From the NCBI GenBank assembly GCA_043228905.1, contig JBHGNT010000002.1, positions 25,730,001 through 25,794,000 of the forward strand: a DNA stretch of 64,000 nucleotides, in the 5' to 3' direction. Below are positions 46,541-61,200 of this stretch, one piece after another; within the stretch, counting starts at the first letter, position 1, and each line of letters begins with the position of its first letter. Below the pieces are notes generated by a model, which had not been told where the DNA came from, did no database searches, and saw only the letters and a list, made by a program, of their open reading frames with translations. The translations under genes were made by a program, and so were the position numbers. This DNA is from Azolla caroliniana. Lineage: Eukaryota; Plantae; Polypodiophyta.

Positions 46541-47519
46541 GGTTTCGTATCTTAGGGCATGTTTGATTCCATACACCTAATTGTTGATTATTCTAATTAA
46601 ATTTTAATTTCATAAGTATTGTTTCACTTATATGATTTTCTAGTAATTATTATTTACCCGCCCACAATTAACTATCCTTTTTCCACTTCCTTTTCATGTA
46701 TAAAGTATTTACATCGTTTATTTTAATGTAACCTTTACGTGTAGACTATTTTTTTCGTATGGAGTGGCTTGTTGAACGATTTTTTTTCAACGGGTCATCT
46801 AGGTTTAACTCTTATCATCAAGCCTTAGAAAACAAGTAAAACCATATGAGTTCCCTTATTGATGTTTTACTCATGGATTTAAGTATTACATCTTTGCGCA
46901 CAACACCGTCATCACTTGTATCAATTTGTGGCTTATGTCACAATTGTGCAAGTTATAACAATCATATTGGGATGTATATGTGCATACCTTGCACTTCCCA
47001 TTTATTTGTGACATTGTTTTTTTCGTAGGTAACACATGGGTTCTTTTTTTTACCCTTGTTTTCGTCACTACTTAACTCTTATGAGTAGTGCCTTATTTTA
47101 TCATTTTATCATCACGTTTGCTTATTGCTCGCAAGACTAGAATATTACTTGTGAGTGCACTTGTTTTTTCACGTAATACACTTTCTCGACCATATAATAC
47201 ATGATGGCTTGGCATTAATATAAGGCTATCTAGGAAATTTCATTGATGTAAGAACCATGGTTGAGCCTCGGGGAGCCGCCATGATTACTCAAGATAGAGA
47301 TCCGAGAAATACATCTTAGCTATGTTTTCCCCCATGGTTTTTAAAACACCATAGTGTTACCATAGTTATCGGATCTCGAATCACATCTCATATGTCTAGA
47401 GGGGTAAAGACATGAGATACTTTCTTGGATAAAGTTCTTTCAATCAAAATTTCAAGCATTCATTTTGCTTGTGTATTTTCTGAACCTCCTTATTTTATTG
47501 CATACCCACAGCGTGCATC

Positions 47520-50500
47520 ATGGAACAAGTTTTGAACGCAGTTGGAACGATCTCTCCAAATGAGACCTCTCAACCCCAATCCGCATCTCGCACACAAGCT
47601 GAGATCACTATTGAGCAATTGCTCACTACTACCTTGAATCAATTGGCCGAAATGAGACAGGCCAATATGGCATTGGAAAAGAAATTCCAAGAATTAACTA
47701 TTGAGTCCAAGAAAGAAGGTGAACCTTCCTTCGTAGTCACGCCTTTCAAGGGAGATAAGAAAGAAAGAACCGAGGAGGCCATTAGCACTTGGCTTGGTCG
47801 TTGGGAGTCTCACTTTGAGCTTCATCCCAAGCCCGATGCAGTAAAAATTGGTTATGTCGGTCGTGAGTTAGGTGGCCGAGCTGCTGCTTGGTGGCGTGGC
47901 CTAAGGACCGCAAAAAACTTACCCACAACTTGGGAAGGTTTCGTTGATGTTTTTAAGAAACAATTCTTGCAGCCACCTTCTCAAACCGAACAAGCACAAC
48001 ACTTGCTCACATTGTCTAGTAAGCCATTTACCTCTCTCGAGGATTATGTGCATCACGCACGGACCCAGATCCAAAAATCGGGACTTACGGGTGAGAAATG
48101 GTTTGTCGCTTGTTTTTTGAATGGTATTCCCAATGGGGATTATCATTGGATTGTCCATGACAAGGACCCCACAACTTTCGAGGAAGCCGTCAACATTGTG
48201 CTGCGATACCATAAGACTTCCAAGAAAGACCACAATAAACCTGAGTTCGCCAAAACTCCGAATGTCAAGTTCATTGGGAAACGTAAGCAATCCAGTGACA
48301 CTCTTGACCGCGACTCAAAGAAACCGAACCTCTTCTGTGCATATTGCAAGAAGCGGGGCCACACAAAGGATACCTGTCGTCGTCTTGAGAGGAAGTCAAT
48401 GAACACCCCTCCTCAAGACAAATCTACGAGTCACACAGGCGAGTCTTTTGATATTGTTGAAGTTCATACCAATCACTTAAGTTTATGTGAATGCACTTTT
48501 CCTTCACATTTACTTGGACCTAATGATTTACTCCGAGCAGTCGAATATATCAATGGAACACAAGCACATTTCTTGTTTGATTCCGGTAGTTCTCACAATT
48601 TTCTTAATGATCACTTTGTGCAGCAAATGGAGCTCCACATAAACGCAAGTGATCATATCTATCAAGTTCACATGGCAAATGGAAACGTTCAATACATCAG
48701 TGGCATTGTTTGTCAACTGCCAATTCAAATAGATACTTATTTGGAGAAGCTTGACTTTCATGTTATGAAATTACAATCCGCAGATGTCATTTTAGGATAT
48801 CCTTGGTTTTTTAATAAAAACCCTTCTTTGTCCATTGATTGGGTTAATCACTCAATCACATTTGAACTTAATAATTGTAAACATTTTATTCAATGTTCCA
48901 AACTTCCTTCTCATTCACTTGTGTCTTCTAAATCTTTAAGTGAGTATTCTAGTTTATTAATTTATTCGTGTGTAATTGATCCTGCGGTTCAATTTTATTA
49001 TTTTAATATTGACGCCACACAATTACCACATTTTGAGCAACGATTACTCGACTCTATTTTAGAGGATTTTCAAGATGTGTTTCCTACTGAATTACCGCTT
49101 ACTTTACCACCTAAACGTAATGTGGACCATCAAATTGAACTCATCCCTGGGGTTGCTCCTGTGAGCATTCCACCTTACCGACTTAGTCGATTAGAAGAGG
49201 ATGAGATCGCTAAACAACTTAAGGAATACTTGAGTATGGGCCACATTAGGTATAGTAAATCACCTTGGGGTGCGCCAGTTCTATTAGTCAAGAAGAAGGA
49301 AGGTTCGTGGCGAATGTGTATCAATTATCGCCGTTTGAATAAAATGACAATTAAGAATGCATATCCATTACCTCGTGCCGATGATTTGATTGATCGTTTG
49401 CACGGGGCTCGATATTTTACGAAAATTGACTTACAAACTGGTTATCATCAGATTCGCATCGCCGAGGATGATATTCCTAAAACCGCTTTTCGTACGCGCT
49501 ATGGCCATTAAGAGTTTTTAGTCATGCCGTTTGGGTTGACTAATGCTCCAGCCACATTCCAACAAGCGATGAATGATGTTTTCCGAGATCAACTCGGTGA
49601 TTTTGTTGTCGTCTTCTTGGATGATATTTTGATATATAGCCGTACCTTGCAAGATCATGTTCAACATGTTCGATTTGTTTTGCGAAAGTTACGTGACAAC
49701 TCTTTCTATGCAAAACATTCAAAATGTGACTTCTTCCAAAAATCTATTGTGTACCTAGGTCATTTAATTACAGAAAATGGCGTTGAAATTGAACCTTCTC
49801 GTATTGAAAAGGTTAAACTTTGGCCCATTCCTCGTAATATTCGTGAACTTAGATCATTCTTAGGGTTTGTTGGATTTTTACGAAAATCAATTCGTAACTA
49901 TTCCAAATTGACTACGCCATTAACTGACCTTTTAAAAGGTCATCCACGTAAGTCTGTCAAACCAATTTCATGGAATGAACAACTTGACAAATCATTTGAG
50001 ACACTCAAGGAGCATGTGTGTCAGGCTCCCACTCTTCTATTACCAGACCCTTCTAAGCCTTTCTCAATTGAAACCGATACTAGTGATTATGCTATTGGTG
50101 CAGTTCTTTATCAAGGTGGTCACCCTATTGCTTTTGAAAGTAAGAAGCTTGATGCTGCTCAATCTCGGTATTCGGTTCAAGAGAAAGAGTTGTTTGCGGT
50201 GATACACGCACTTAAAACATGGAGGCACTATCTCTATGGAAATAAATTTGTGGTTACAACAGACCATCAATCATTAAAGTATTTTTGTGACCAGCCCGAT
50301 CTTGTTGGTCGTAAAGGCCGTTGGGCTGACCTTATGCAAGATTTTGATTTTTCCATACGCTATCGCAAGGGTTCTATGAACACCGTTGCTGATGCTCTTA
50401 GTCGCATTAAAGAAGTTAACATGCTTAGCTTCACGGAAATAAAATCTGATCTTTTAGATCACCTTCGAGGGAAATACCTTGATGACAGTTATTTCTCAAA

Positions 50501-51922
50501 ATACTGGACGAAAGCCGAATCTGGTTTAGATGCCGATACTAGCACCCTACCCTCGAAGGCGACCTTTCACATTACAAACGGTTTGCTCTACCGTAGTGGA
50601 AAGGTCTGTGTTCCAGATTTACCAAATGTTAAACAGAAATTTTTTCATGAATGTCATGATGCACCATCTGCTGGTCATCCTGGAATACAACGCACACTCG
50701 TTCTCATCTCGTGTACTTTTTTCTGGCCTAAGATGCGTTCTGACGTGCATAAATACGTAACTCAATGCTTACAATGTCAGATTAATAAGTCGGAACGACT
50801 TAAAGCTGCTGGTCTTTTACATCCCTTAGATATTCCCAACAATAAATGGGAAAGTATCTCGATGGATTTTATTGTTAGTTTACCTCGTACACAGAGGGGT
50901 CATGATGCCATATGGGTTGTCGTTGACAGGCTAACAAAATTAGCTAGATTTATTCCTACAAAAACCACGGTAACCGCTCAACAGTTGGCTTATCAATTTG
51001 TTGATGAGTTATTTCGTTTTTATGGATTACCGATGGATATTGTTAGTGATCGAGATTCCAAGTTTACTAGTGACTTTTGGACTCAGGTCTTTAAGAAACT
51101 AGAAACTACGTTGAGCATGAGTTCCGCAGATCATCCTCAGTCTGATGGACAAACTGAACGAGTTAATCAAATTATTGAGGACATGCTTCGAGCTTATGTA
51201 GCAAAAACCCCTTCTAAGTGGGAGCAATACCTTCCTATCTTAGAATTTGCCTATAATAGCTCTAAACATACATCCACTGGATATAGTCCTTTTATGTTGA
51301 TGTATGGTTTTCAGCCACGTGCCCCAGTTGATGTCACGATTCATCGTGATACATTAGACAGTACACGCAATTTTTTGCAAGACATGAACCAAATGTTGCA
51401 TATTGCCAAAGAAAATGTCAAGACAGCTCAAGATCGTGCTCGATTTTATGCTGATCAGGATAGACGTCCTCGTGCATTTACTATTGGTCAAAAAGTTTTT
51501 TTGCGTGTCCCGACTGATTCTACGTCATTATCTATGGGCAAGTGCGCTAAGTTAGCCCCACGATATTGTGGCCCATTTGAAATCCTTAAGCGAGTTGGGT
51601 CATCTGCTTATCACCTTGCCTTACCTCGTAACGTGGGTATTCATCCTGTTTTTCACGTCAGTCGTCTAAAACCATTTTTAGGCTCTGGTGATAACACCAT
51701 CACAATCCAAGATCTTGTAACATTAGAGGATTTTTCTTACAAACCTCATGTTCCTGAACGAATTCTTGATTCTCGTACTAAACGTTTACGTTCTAAAGAG
51801 ATTCGGCTATTCAAGATCAAATGGATGGATAAACCTATTGATGATGCCACATGGGAACGCGAGCATTCGCTTAAGGCATAATTTCCTCACTTTATATTGC
51901 AAGAGTGCAATCTTTTGAAGTA
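47520..51922 (+). pseudogene. gag-pol: Element D single-frame Gag-Pol with in-frame stops at 49509 and 51879
   Basis: [46 protein letters not shown], chromodomain-like PERILD..KW..ATWE. RYGH*EF shows a point nonsense mutation. Confidence 0.92.
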
Positions 51923-52164
51923 GGGGAGTATGTTATGTACACATAACGTTGGTGAGGGTAGGTCACTAATATTTACATTAGTGAAGGGTATGTTCACTAT
52001 TATTAAAAAGGGGACTAATGATTGGATAGAATGAATGATATGTGCATGCACTATCATGATTTAGACAACCAATGAATAGAGAGCCTTTTAGAAAGGCACA
52101 TCTATTCAAGGGGCCTAGGAAAAGGTATAAATATGAGGCTTAGCTACCCTCATAGGAATCACGT

Positions 52165-54530
52165 TCTGCTTGACCATCTATTTGGGGATGATAGCCAGAG
52201 GAGAGATTGCATGTGACCTTGAGCATTTTGAAGAGATGCTTCCAAAATTTAGAGACGAATTGTGGTTCACAATCATTGATGATACTATCGGGAAGACAAT
52301 GTTGTCAAAATACTTCACACATAAGAATTCTTGCAGTTTCTTCACTAGTGATTTCTTTAGTACAGGGCGAGAAATGTGTCATCTTAGTATACCGATCAAC
52401 CATTGTTAAGATCGCATTGAAGCCCTTTGAATCCGGAAGATCTGTGATAAAATCTATAGAAATAGATTGCCACGGCTTGCCGGGGATGGGTAATGGCTCC
52501 AATAAACCATGGGGATCATGTCTGGGCATCTTCGCTCTGCAACATGTATCACATGTCCCCACGTAGTCTTTGACAAATCTTCGCATATGCGGCTACCAAA
52601 ATGATCGTTGTACTAAATCCAACGTTTTAGTACTACCAAATTGCCCAGTTGTGTATGTGTCATGACAATTTTGAACTACTTGAAGATGACTTGGACCATT
52701 GGGAACATACAAACATTTCTTAAAGAAGAGTAATCAATCATGACATTCGAATTGTCGATAATCCGTACTTGGTTGTTGTGACCGTAAACAAGATGCCCAA
52801 GAGGAATCAATTTGATCTAGAATAGGTTGAGCGAAAACATCTCTCTTCAAATATTCACGTATGGTATCAATAAGGCGGGAATCTAATGGAGTGTCAAAAA
52901 CCGATGTTGCTTGCAGTCGTGCTGAACCCAGAATTACTTGCTGTTGATTTTCGAAGATCAGATCACCAGGATGAGGTGGTAGATACAAGCATCGTGATAA
53001 TGCATCTGCCTTCCCTTGTTGCTTGCCCGGACGGTATGTAATCTTGAAGTCAAAACGAGTGAGGAACTGGGCCCATTGAGCTTGTCGTCTATTTAATACA
53101 TGAGCATTCTGGAAGTAGGCAAGATTCTTGTGATCACTAAATACAATGACTTGATGAGGAGATCTGTTAGAGTTATGATCTAAAGTAAGTATATGATAAG
53201 GATAAAAGATAGATAGATAGAAAGGAGAGAGAGAAAGAAGGGTGACGATACACCCGACCACCCCTGAGCAAAGGGATCGAGACGGACTCGAGCCTCGATT
53301 GGCGTCCTATACCACTGTCGTGGCGTCGAGTCGTACCTAGTGCTGGCGCGCTCGCTACAAGAGTTGACCCGCCACGAAACATAGTCTTGACGTAGTCAAG
53401 ATATGATGAAATGAGGGTAGTTAGGGCTCATATTTATAGCGATACCCAAGGCCCCCAAGCAAGCTCACACTTGGCCTAATGGGTTGTCTCAATCCCGAGG
53501 ATTAAAAGTAATCCTCCCCTTCTTTACACTCTCGTTTAACCCTCACACTTATCCACGTGTATAGAATACTACAGTAAATTCGTACCATGGGATATTGTTA
53601 ATAATTAGGTAATTAAGCAAGGGTTAATTAGTACCTAATTATGTGATTAGTTAATAAGTGGAAGATTAAGTGATTTGTATGTGTGAGAGGAAGAGAGGGA
53701 GAGAGAGAGAGATACACTTATGAACAACACAAGATGGGGGATGAGTAACTATATTAAATTAGCATTATCATCATCAAAAACAAAAATACCCACAGTGAGG
53801 TATATATAGATCTCATGTGCAAGGGTGCACATGTGTGGGAGAATATAGGTACAAGTGTGTAAGTTCTATATTAAATGTACTTGGGAGTGGAGGATCTAGA
53901 ATATCCCACTTAAGTACAAGGTCCTATTTAAGGTATTATAGTCAACACTTCTAACTAGATTCTATGTCGGTAACTACGAAGTTACATGGTTGACTAACTA
54001 AACTAAGTTCAGCTTGATCTCTCAACAGATATTATATGGTCATGCTCGTAACAAGATCCTTCTTGGAAATGCCTCCATTGTGCAAAAGAATCCACTATTG
54101 CTAATAGCTCCTTATCATGTATCTCGCAGTTGATTTCGGCAGTGTGAAATTTGCGCGAGTGGAAAGCTACGGGATGTAGCTTCTCATCGTCACCTTGCTG
54201 TGACAAAATATTACCGAGCGTGAAATCTGATGCACCTGCCTCAATGATAAATGGTTTTTGCGGATCAACATGAGTTAGAATAGGGGGGTGATGTAAATGC
54301 TTTCCATAGATCCATAAAAGCCGTGTCTGCTTCCTTAGACCAAACAAATCATTGCCCCTTCTTGTAATTTGTATGAGAGGCAAAATAAGTTGTGAGTAGT
54401 CCTTTATAAACTTGCAATAGAAATTTGCGAACCTAAAAAACATTGCACATCTTGCAACGAACGTGCAATTTGCAACTCTAACACAGTTTGGACCTTAGCG
54501 TGATCCATAGCCTAGAAATTCCACCTTGCC
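52165..54530 (-). pseudogene. pol: Degenerate Tcn1-like pol fragment (RT end, RH, INT start), related to element E
   Basis: [51 protein letters not shown]; multiple frameshifts. Confidence 0.88.
53165..54053. mobile_element. 889-bp solo LTR
   Basis: TGTTA...TAACA termini with TSD AGATC (53160-53164 and 54054-54058). Removing it restores HFQEGS-PHQVIV in the host RNase H. Confidence 0.9.
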
Positions 54531-54539
54531 TCTAGTACT

Positions 54540-54796
54540 ATCCCTTACAGTTTGAACTGAATTGGTTCTGAATAATGCCATGTGCCTCTATTTATAGTAC
54601 TGTCAGGAAGACTCCTGAAGTTTCTAGAATGTTCCAGAGTAATCTGGAAAATACATGAATTTCGTATAGTGAAATAATAAATGAAAATGATATCTTTTGT
54701 CTTAGAATGTATAGCTTAATGGTATGGTTTCAACCCATGTAACACAAGGTCATGGGTTCAAATCCTTTTGGAGCCATACCATGCCATATCATGATA
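54540..54796 (-). repeat. Partial LTR of the deleted Tcn1-like copy
   Basis: The minus strand starts TATCATGATA (compare TGTCATGATA of E) and carries the same tRNA-like block, TTCTAGAA and CTATAAATAG. Confidence 0.6.
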
Positions 54797-57149
54797 CTTT
54801 TCAGCCAAAAAAATGGCTCCTTTTGCTCTTAATATTGTGTTCCTCCTAATTTCGTGTTCCTTGTGCTAATCACATATTTTGATCCTAACCTCGCGTATTA
54901 ATCGTTGTTCGGCTCGTTGCTCCCTTCGACTCTAGCAAACCTTCGAGTTTGCCTTCATATCTAAAGACCGCTCAACTCCTAGGAGCCTTCAAGTCTCAAA
55001 CGTCAGTGCCTTCCTAGTCTATGCATCCTCCCAACTCCAAGACCCCCGTGGTCCCACTCGAGTAGCACATGCATGCGTGTTTACGTGACAATGCACATTT
55101 CAATGTTTTAGAAGGCATCACCATGATTTAACCATCATTTGAAAATCCTCTCATCTCGCGGATCTAACACACCATTGGAATATTTTTACGACACATTGTT
55201 TAAGACTTCATCTAACCTATAAAGATAGTAGGATCACTTAATAGGTTGTTATATCATTAAACATTCAATTAGATCCAATGGGTAGACTCAAATCCAATTT
55301 GTTTTAGACTTGAGGTTCAATTTTGTTAGCACATTGTATAAAATGAGGCTACAATGGGCTTGCGCCCCTGGTTTCGGTTTTAATGAATTTTCATTTGTTG
55401 GTCAAGGAAGCATAATGTGTGCTCTTTCACATTTTGGTTTTAATAAACATCTTTCTCGTCATTCTAATTTGTGTCTTCTATATATCGTCCATATAACGTG
55501 ATGGGTTAACTCATTAGCTTTAAAATCCATGTTTCACAAGAAAATACTTATAAATAATATATATGCTTACAATATAATTAGTTTGAAAGTAAATTGTCCT
55601 CGAAAATATGACATGTTCTATAACCATATTCATAGTGCATCCACTTCCTTTGTGGAATTGAGAGGAAGTATAATTATTAGTGAAAGCAATAATTGGCTAA
55701 CGAATATACAACTCAAAATGGTTTTTATAGTGCTAAAAGAAATCCACAACCATGTCAATAATATCCAGATTCATACATATTTGTGTGTGATCTTCACATT
55801 AATATTGGTGTTGTGGCATGCTATCGGTCAGGCACATTTGGACTAGACATGCCGCTAGTTTGTTTTTCAACGGCAAAAGCTTCCATGCAATGAGGTGATG
55901 CTAAACATTTGATTCGAGCTAGTGGCCTAACTACTGGACGGTACGACTCGATTCAGAGGGATTCGGACGAAGCAGAAATGGCAAGGTGAAAATGTTTGCT
56001 GAAATGGGGTGGTTCTTCCATGGTGATCAAATCTTCAATAGGGCATGTGGAACTATCAGGCGATCAAGTGGTTGTTTCCACCAACAACCTCCAATATTGT
56101 ACATGGGATGTAAATATGCATGTTTAGATGGGGTACAAGTAAGTTATCATAGTCGTATTACTGGGATAACTTTGTTGTAAAAGAGTTTGGTGGGATAGGT
56201 AGGGTTGGGGATTATTACAGGATTTGTGAGAGGAAGAGCCACTAAGGTTGGAGTTGGAGTTGTTCCTCTGTGTTGTAGATACTGATTCCACTAAGGTTGT
56301 CTCTGTGAATCTTAGTGGTGAACTTTGTTGTATTTTGGTTACTAACTAATGTGAAGTAGGTTTTTTTGGATTTTTTATTTATGTTGTGTTATATTTTTCA
56401 AATAAAAAGATTTGAATTGTTTTATTTATATACATTATCCATAGAATGAGACTTCCATTTTTTCTTGTTGCACAAACAAACACCAATGTTATATTAGATA
56501 ATGAATGATACAATAATGACGAAGATTATATTAGATCATGAATGATACATATTGGTGTTAGGATTGAGAAAGCACACCATTGATGTATGTATGCACTACA
56601 TTACAAAGAATGGGCCAAGACTTAAAGACTCAAAAAATAGCCCAATTGCGCTTTATATTATTTATTGTATTTGTGCTTTTTACATTTCTTTTAGTATGAT
56701 ATCAAGCAAAGTATATGACCAAATTCATATTAACAAGCTAATCTTTTTATTTTTTGATGCTCTTTAATCTCTATTGTAATATAATGTCAATAAGATTATA
56801 ATTGTATGGTCATGCTTCTATTATTTAATGTATTTAAGTTTTTTAGACTTGTTGAGGAAGATATATAGCAAAGTATATGGCCAAATTCATATTAACAAGC
56901 TAATCTTTTTATTTTTGTAATGTTCTTTGATCTCTATTATTGTAATTTCAATAAGATTATAATTAAACTTCATGCAATACAAAAATATAAATGAATCTTA
57001 AAATGCACATATTAAATTAGAATTAGATGCACACACTCATTAAGATTAGGGGTCTTGCCTTGTATGATTGGTACTAGTAAGTAGGAATCGGCAACGGCTC
57101 GGCTCAAGCCTAAACCGTTTAGATAAACCGGTTTAGACCGGTTTGGCGG

Positions 57150-58252
57150 TGTCGTGGCGTGGCTCGCCTAGAAGCGTAGCGTTGCGTAGACAAAAGATAT
57201 CGTGAAAGTGAGGAAGGAATCACTGGGATTATGGACGGAAGAGACGAAAGAGTAGAGATAGATAAATAGTGATCAACAAGATATGACAAGATAGGATATA
57301 GAATGATATTTGAAGCAATAAAAGAGATTTATAATTATTTGATGAAAGAGTTACAAAAGTAGTTGTTCACGTCGTTGAACCTCCGAACTTTGTCTTGCAA
57401 GGTAATCGCTCTTCTCTTTCTTGATCGTAGACCACTACAATCTTCACTTCAATATTTTAATGAAGATAAGGCTCGAACCGCCTCCCTCTTGTTGAGAGTT
57501 GACCACCACGACCGCCAAGCTAGAGCTCCACCTTTATCTTGAACTTCTTCCTTTCTTTCTCTATTTTATGGTATCTCTTATGTAATACATAATTTGATTG
57601 ATATCTCATACATATCTCCCTTTGATCTTCTCTTTCACCATTTAAATAGGTGCCCCCATGCATATGATGCATTGGAGGGTACAAATCATGCATGTAGTGC
57701 ATGAAATGCATGTGATGCATGATCGCCATTTGGCGTTCATGCATTACATGTGATGCATGATAAACATCTCGCTCATTTGAGCTTTTATGTATGAAACAAT
57801 ATATGCAATAACAATAAACATGAAAACATAATCTTAAAGAGAAAGGGCCTATCCTAATGGTAGGTGTGTCAACTTTGGTGTATGAGGTTGTGGGTTCGAG
57901 TCTCAAAATGCTATTGAATACAACATAGAACTTTATTTTTATATCATGAAGCAAATCCTTTATGTAATATAAAGTATATATAAAGTATGCTTTATTTTAT
58001 GTATATTACTAGTATAGAGTAAATGGTAAGATTTGAGAGTCATAGGGTGGGGTTATTGGTTCAAGTCCTCTCTTATTCGTGTAATATAATATATTTATCT
58101 ATATATATATATTATTTTTCTTTACATATATATAATATTATCATATGTGTTGTTAATATTATCTTTATATATAAAACATTATCAAATGTTATTTTCATTA
58201 CGTATTTATCTTATTGTAGACTTTTAATGTGAAGCTTTCGTACTTCACGACA
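57150..58252 (-). repeat. Element B 3' LTR (1103 bp)
   Basis: Minus strand TGTCGTGAAG...GCCACGACA; same first 10 nt as the element A LTR. Confidence 0.88.
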
Positions 58253-58292
58253 TCCACCCCCTCTAGACCTGCACATCCTCCGGCATGTGCCA

Positions 58293-61200
58293 CTATCTTT
58301 CATCTTCATGTTGATCTATTGGAGGAGGTTCAAGCTCAAACCTTTTCTTAAATACTTTTATCCTCTTTCCAGCTACCACGTTTAGGATTAGTGTCCCATC
58401 CAATTCACTAAGCTTATAAGTAAAGTTATCATATACTTTTCTTACTATATAAGGCCCAAACCATCTTTCAGCAAACTTGCGGACGGTGCTATGTTGATTA
58501 TCTAAACTGCTATCATACACGAGCACCCAATCTCCTTCTTCTATTTTCTTAGGTCGAATTCTATGAGTTTTATCAAAACGGATTTTATTCTTTAGTCGAG
58601 CCTCCTTCAATCGTTGGGCTGCGATTTCTATATCTTCAGGTCGACGCTCTAATTGTTGAATTCGCAATGCAAGTAATTCTTCTCTGCTCACCTCTTCTCT
58701 CCATGGAATAGATATCCATGACATAATTGATTCTTCTATCGGCATGATGGGCTTTTGACCAAGTATCAATTCAGCTGGCATGTATCCTGTTACTGAACTA
58801 TGAGTTGTTCGATCTGCCCATAGTGCATAAGGTAGCATGCGTGGCCAATCTCTTATTTTACCTTTACAGCTTTTCACGATCGCCTTAACTATTGGGCTAT
58901 GTCCTCTTTCAATCTTTCCATTGGCTTCTGGATTATACGCAGTTGTAAGTGATAATTTGACCCCTATTCGGCTGAAGAATTCTCTAGCTTCATCAGAGTC
59001 GAGTTCTCCTCTATCTGCAATTATTTTACCAACACACCCGTAACGACATATTACATCTTCTAACAAAAATTTACATACAGCTCTAGTTGTTTTTTGTCGT
59101 AGTGGTCTTCCTTCTACTTGGTTTGTAAGGTCTTCTCTTGCTAGTACTAAATATCGCATTTGACCTTCCCCAAGTGGCATTGTCACTAGATCAACCATCC
59201 ATTTATAATGCATTGATGATGAATATGTTGGTTTTAGCTCATCTCGATACCGAATAGTTGAATACCTCTGGCAAACCTCACAGGTTTCCACAAATTTCGT
59301 TACATCTTTATACATATGTGGCCACCAATACTTTTCTTTCAACTTCATAAATGTTGCCCATATGCCTCTATGTCCTGCCCACAAACTATCATGGAATTCA
59401 TTAATTAATTTTCTCTTAATGTCATCCTTACAAATGACTCGAAGAGGATTTTCGATTGGCCTTTTTGGATGCCTCCATAAATGCCCTTCATGTAAAAAAA
59501 ACTTGAATGCTCGTCTTCGAAATTCATTTAATTGTTTCTTCGACCATGATGGGTTGGCTTCTTGAGTCTTTAGAAAATTTCCTATTTCTAACCATTGACC
59601 TTCATACTCTGTATCTTTGAACATTATACTTACATTAAACTCATCATGAGGCGTAATAGATTCTTGATGAGCAAATTGATGGCTTGTAGTTGCCCAGTTC
59701 TTATCTTCAGTTTGCATCACCTTTTCATTTATGAACCTTGCCCTTGACAGCATATCTGCAACTGGGTTGTCTTTTCCCTTTATATGCCGCAATTCTGGGT
59801 TCATGGTTCTAATGTATGCAATCCACCGAAGCATTGCAATATCTGGTGTCGTGCAACTTGCTATCATTCCAATGAGTGGCAAACAATCCGTTTCAACCAC
59901 TACATCTGCTCCGATCAAGTAATCTCTATCTGTTTTCAATGCAGTAAGCAAACCCCACAATTCTCGTTTAACTTGTGCATAGTTTCTTTGTCTTTCATTT
60001 AATATCTTTGCTCCAAATCTGATAGCATATCGATGTTGGTCTTCATCTTCTTGGTTGATAACCCAACCGATCCCGATTGGGCTAGTATCAACTGTTACTA
60101 TAATTGGTCTTTCACCTTTGTAGTCTGGTTGACGAAGAACTGGTGCTTTCAATAATGCTTCTTTCAGCTGTTGAACAACTTGTGTATGTTCATCAGTCCA
60201 AATAAACTTCCTTCCTTTTCTTAACAGTTGGTAGAGAGGATCTGAGACATGTGCAAAGTGTGGTAACCAAATATGATAAAACACACAAGCACCCAAAAAT
60301 CTTCTCACCTCTGTTACCGAGTCGCAAACTTCCTTCATATTTTGTATTGCGTTAATTTTGATCGGTGAAGGCTTCCTCCCATACCACCCACACATATGAC
60401 CAACTATTAGAACTTCGTTTTGCCCAAAGCAAGACTTTGTTCCTGATAGTGTCAAATGTACCTGCTCAAGCTTATTTAAAATACTTTCACAGTCATTAAT
60501 GTGGTCCATCACAAACTTTCTGCAACCATTTCCAACCATAGTCTCATCTTTCTCTGTTTCTAAGCATCCCTTAATAGGAATATCATCTAAAAATGGCATA
60601 GTTACCTTTGGGATGTATTCATGTAGAACTTTGTTCATTGCATTCATCATATGAGCAACTGAATTCGTCGCACCTTGAGGTAGAGTGCACATTCGAACCA
60701 ACCCAATTGGTGTTTTCATTGTTGTGATGTTGCGACTATCAATTGCTAGTTGAAATTGGTCGTATCCTGAATATAGGTCTCCCATAGAGTAAATCGCTCT
60801 TCCAGCAAACGCTTCCGCAAATTCATCAACGATCGGTCCGATTCCCGCATTTCGGATTGTGACTTTGTTGACTGGTTGTAGATCTTGAATGAATCTTAGA
60901 GAACCATCTTTCTTTGGAACTGTGAACCATCTATTGGAGTATGGTGCATTTGAAGGCTCTAAAATCTTCATCTTGACTTTATCCTTCAACAACTCCAACA
61001 ATTGAGGTAATCAAGCTCTCGGTACTGCAATAGGTTTAAAATTCCAAGGAATATGAGGGATAGTAAATATTACCATTGGCGTCACCACCTTTGGATTTAC
61101 ACAACCAATCTCCTCAGCTTTGAATGCGAACGTTTTCCCATGCCTAAAGATCATTTCTTTGAAAGTCACGATCTCTGATTGCAGAAGAAATTCACCCCTT

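Larger units (their letters stand above)
45296..52164 (+). mobile_element. Element D: tRNA-Met-primed chromovirus (Tekay/Reina/Galadriel-type Ty3/gypsy), 3' LTR truncated
   Basis: 5' LTR 45296-45766 (TGTTA..TAACA); PBS TGGTATCAGAGC 45768-45779; PPT GAAGTAGGGGAGTA 51917-51930; 3' LTR 51931-52164 matches the first 234 bp of the 5' LTR. Confidence 0.92.

Noticed and set aside
57080-57149. Possible MITE or hAT end with AAACCGGTTT palindromes flanking element B
   Set aside because: Only 70 bp visible and the partner end is outside the window, so TIR and TSD cannot be tested.
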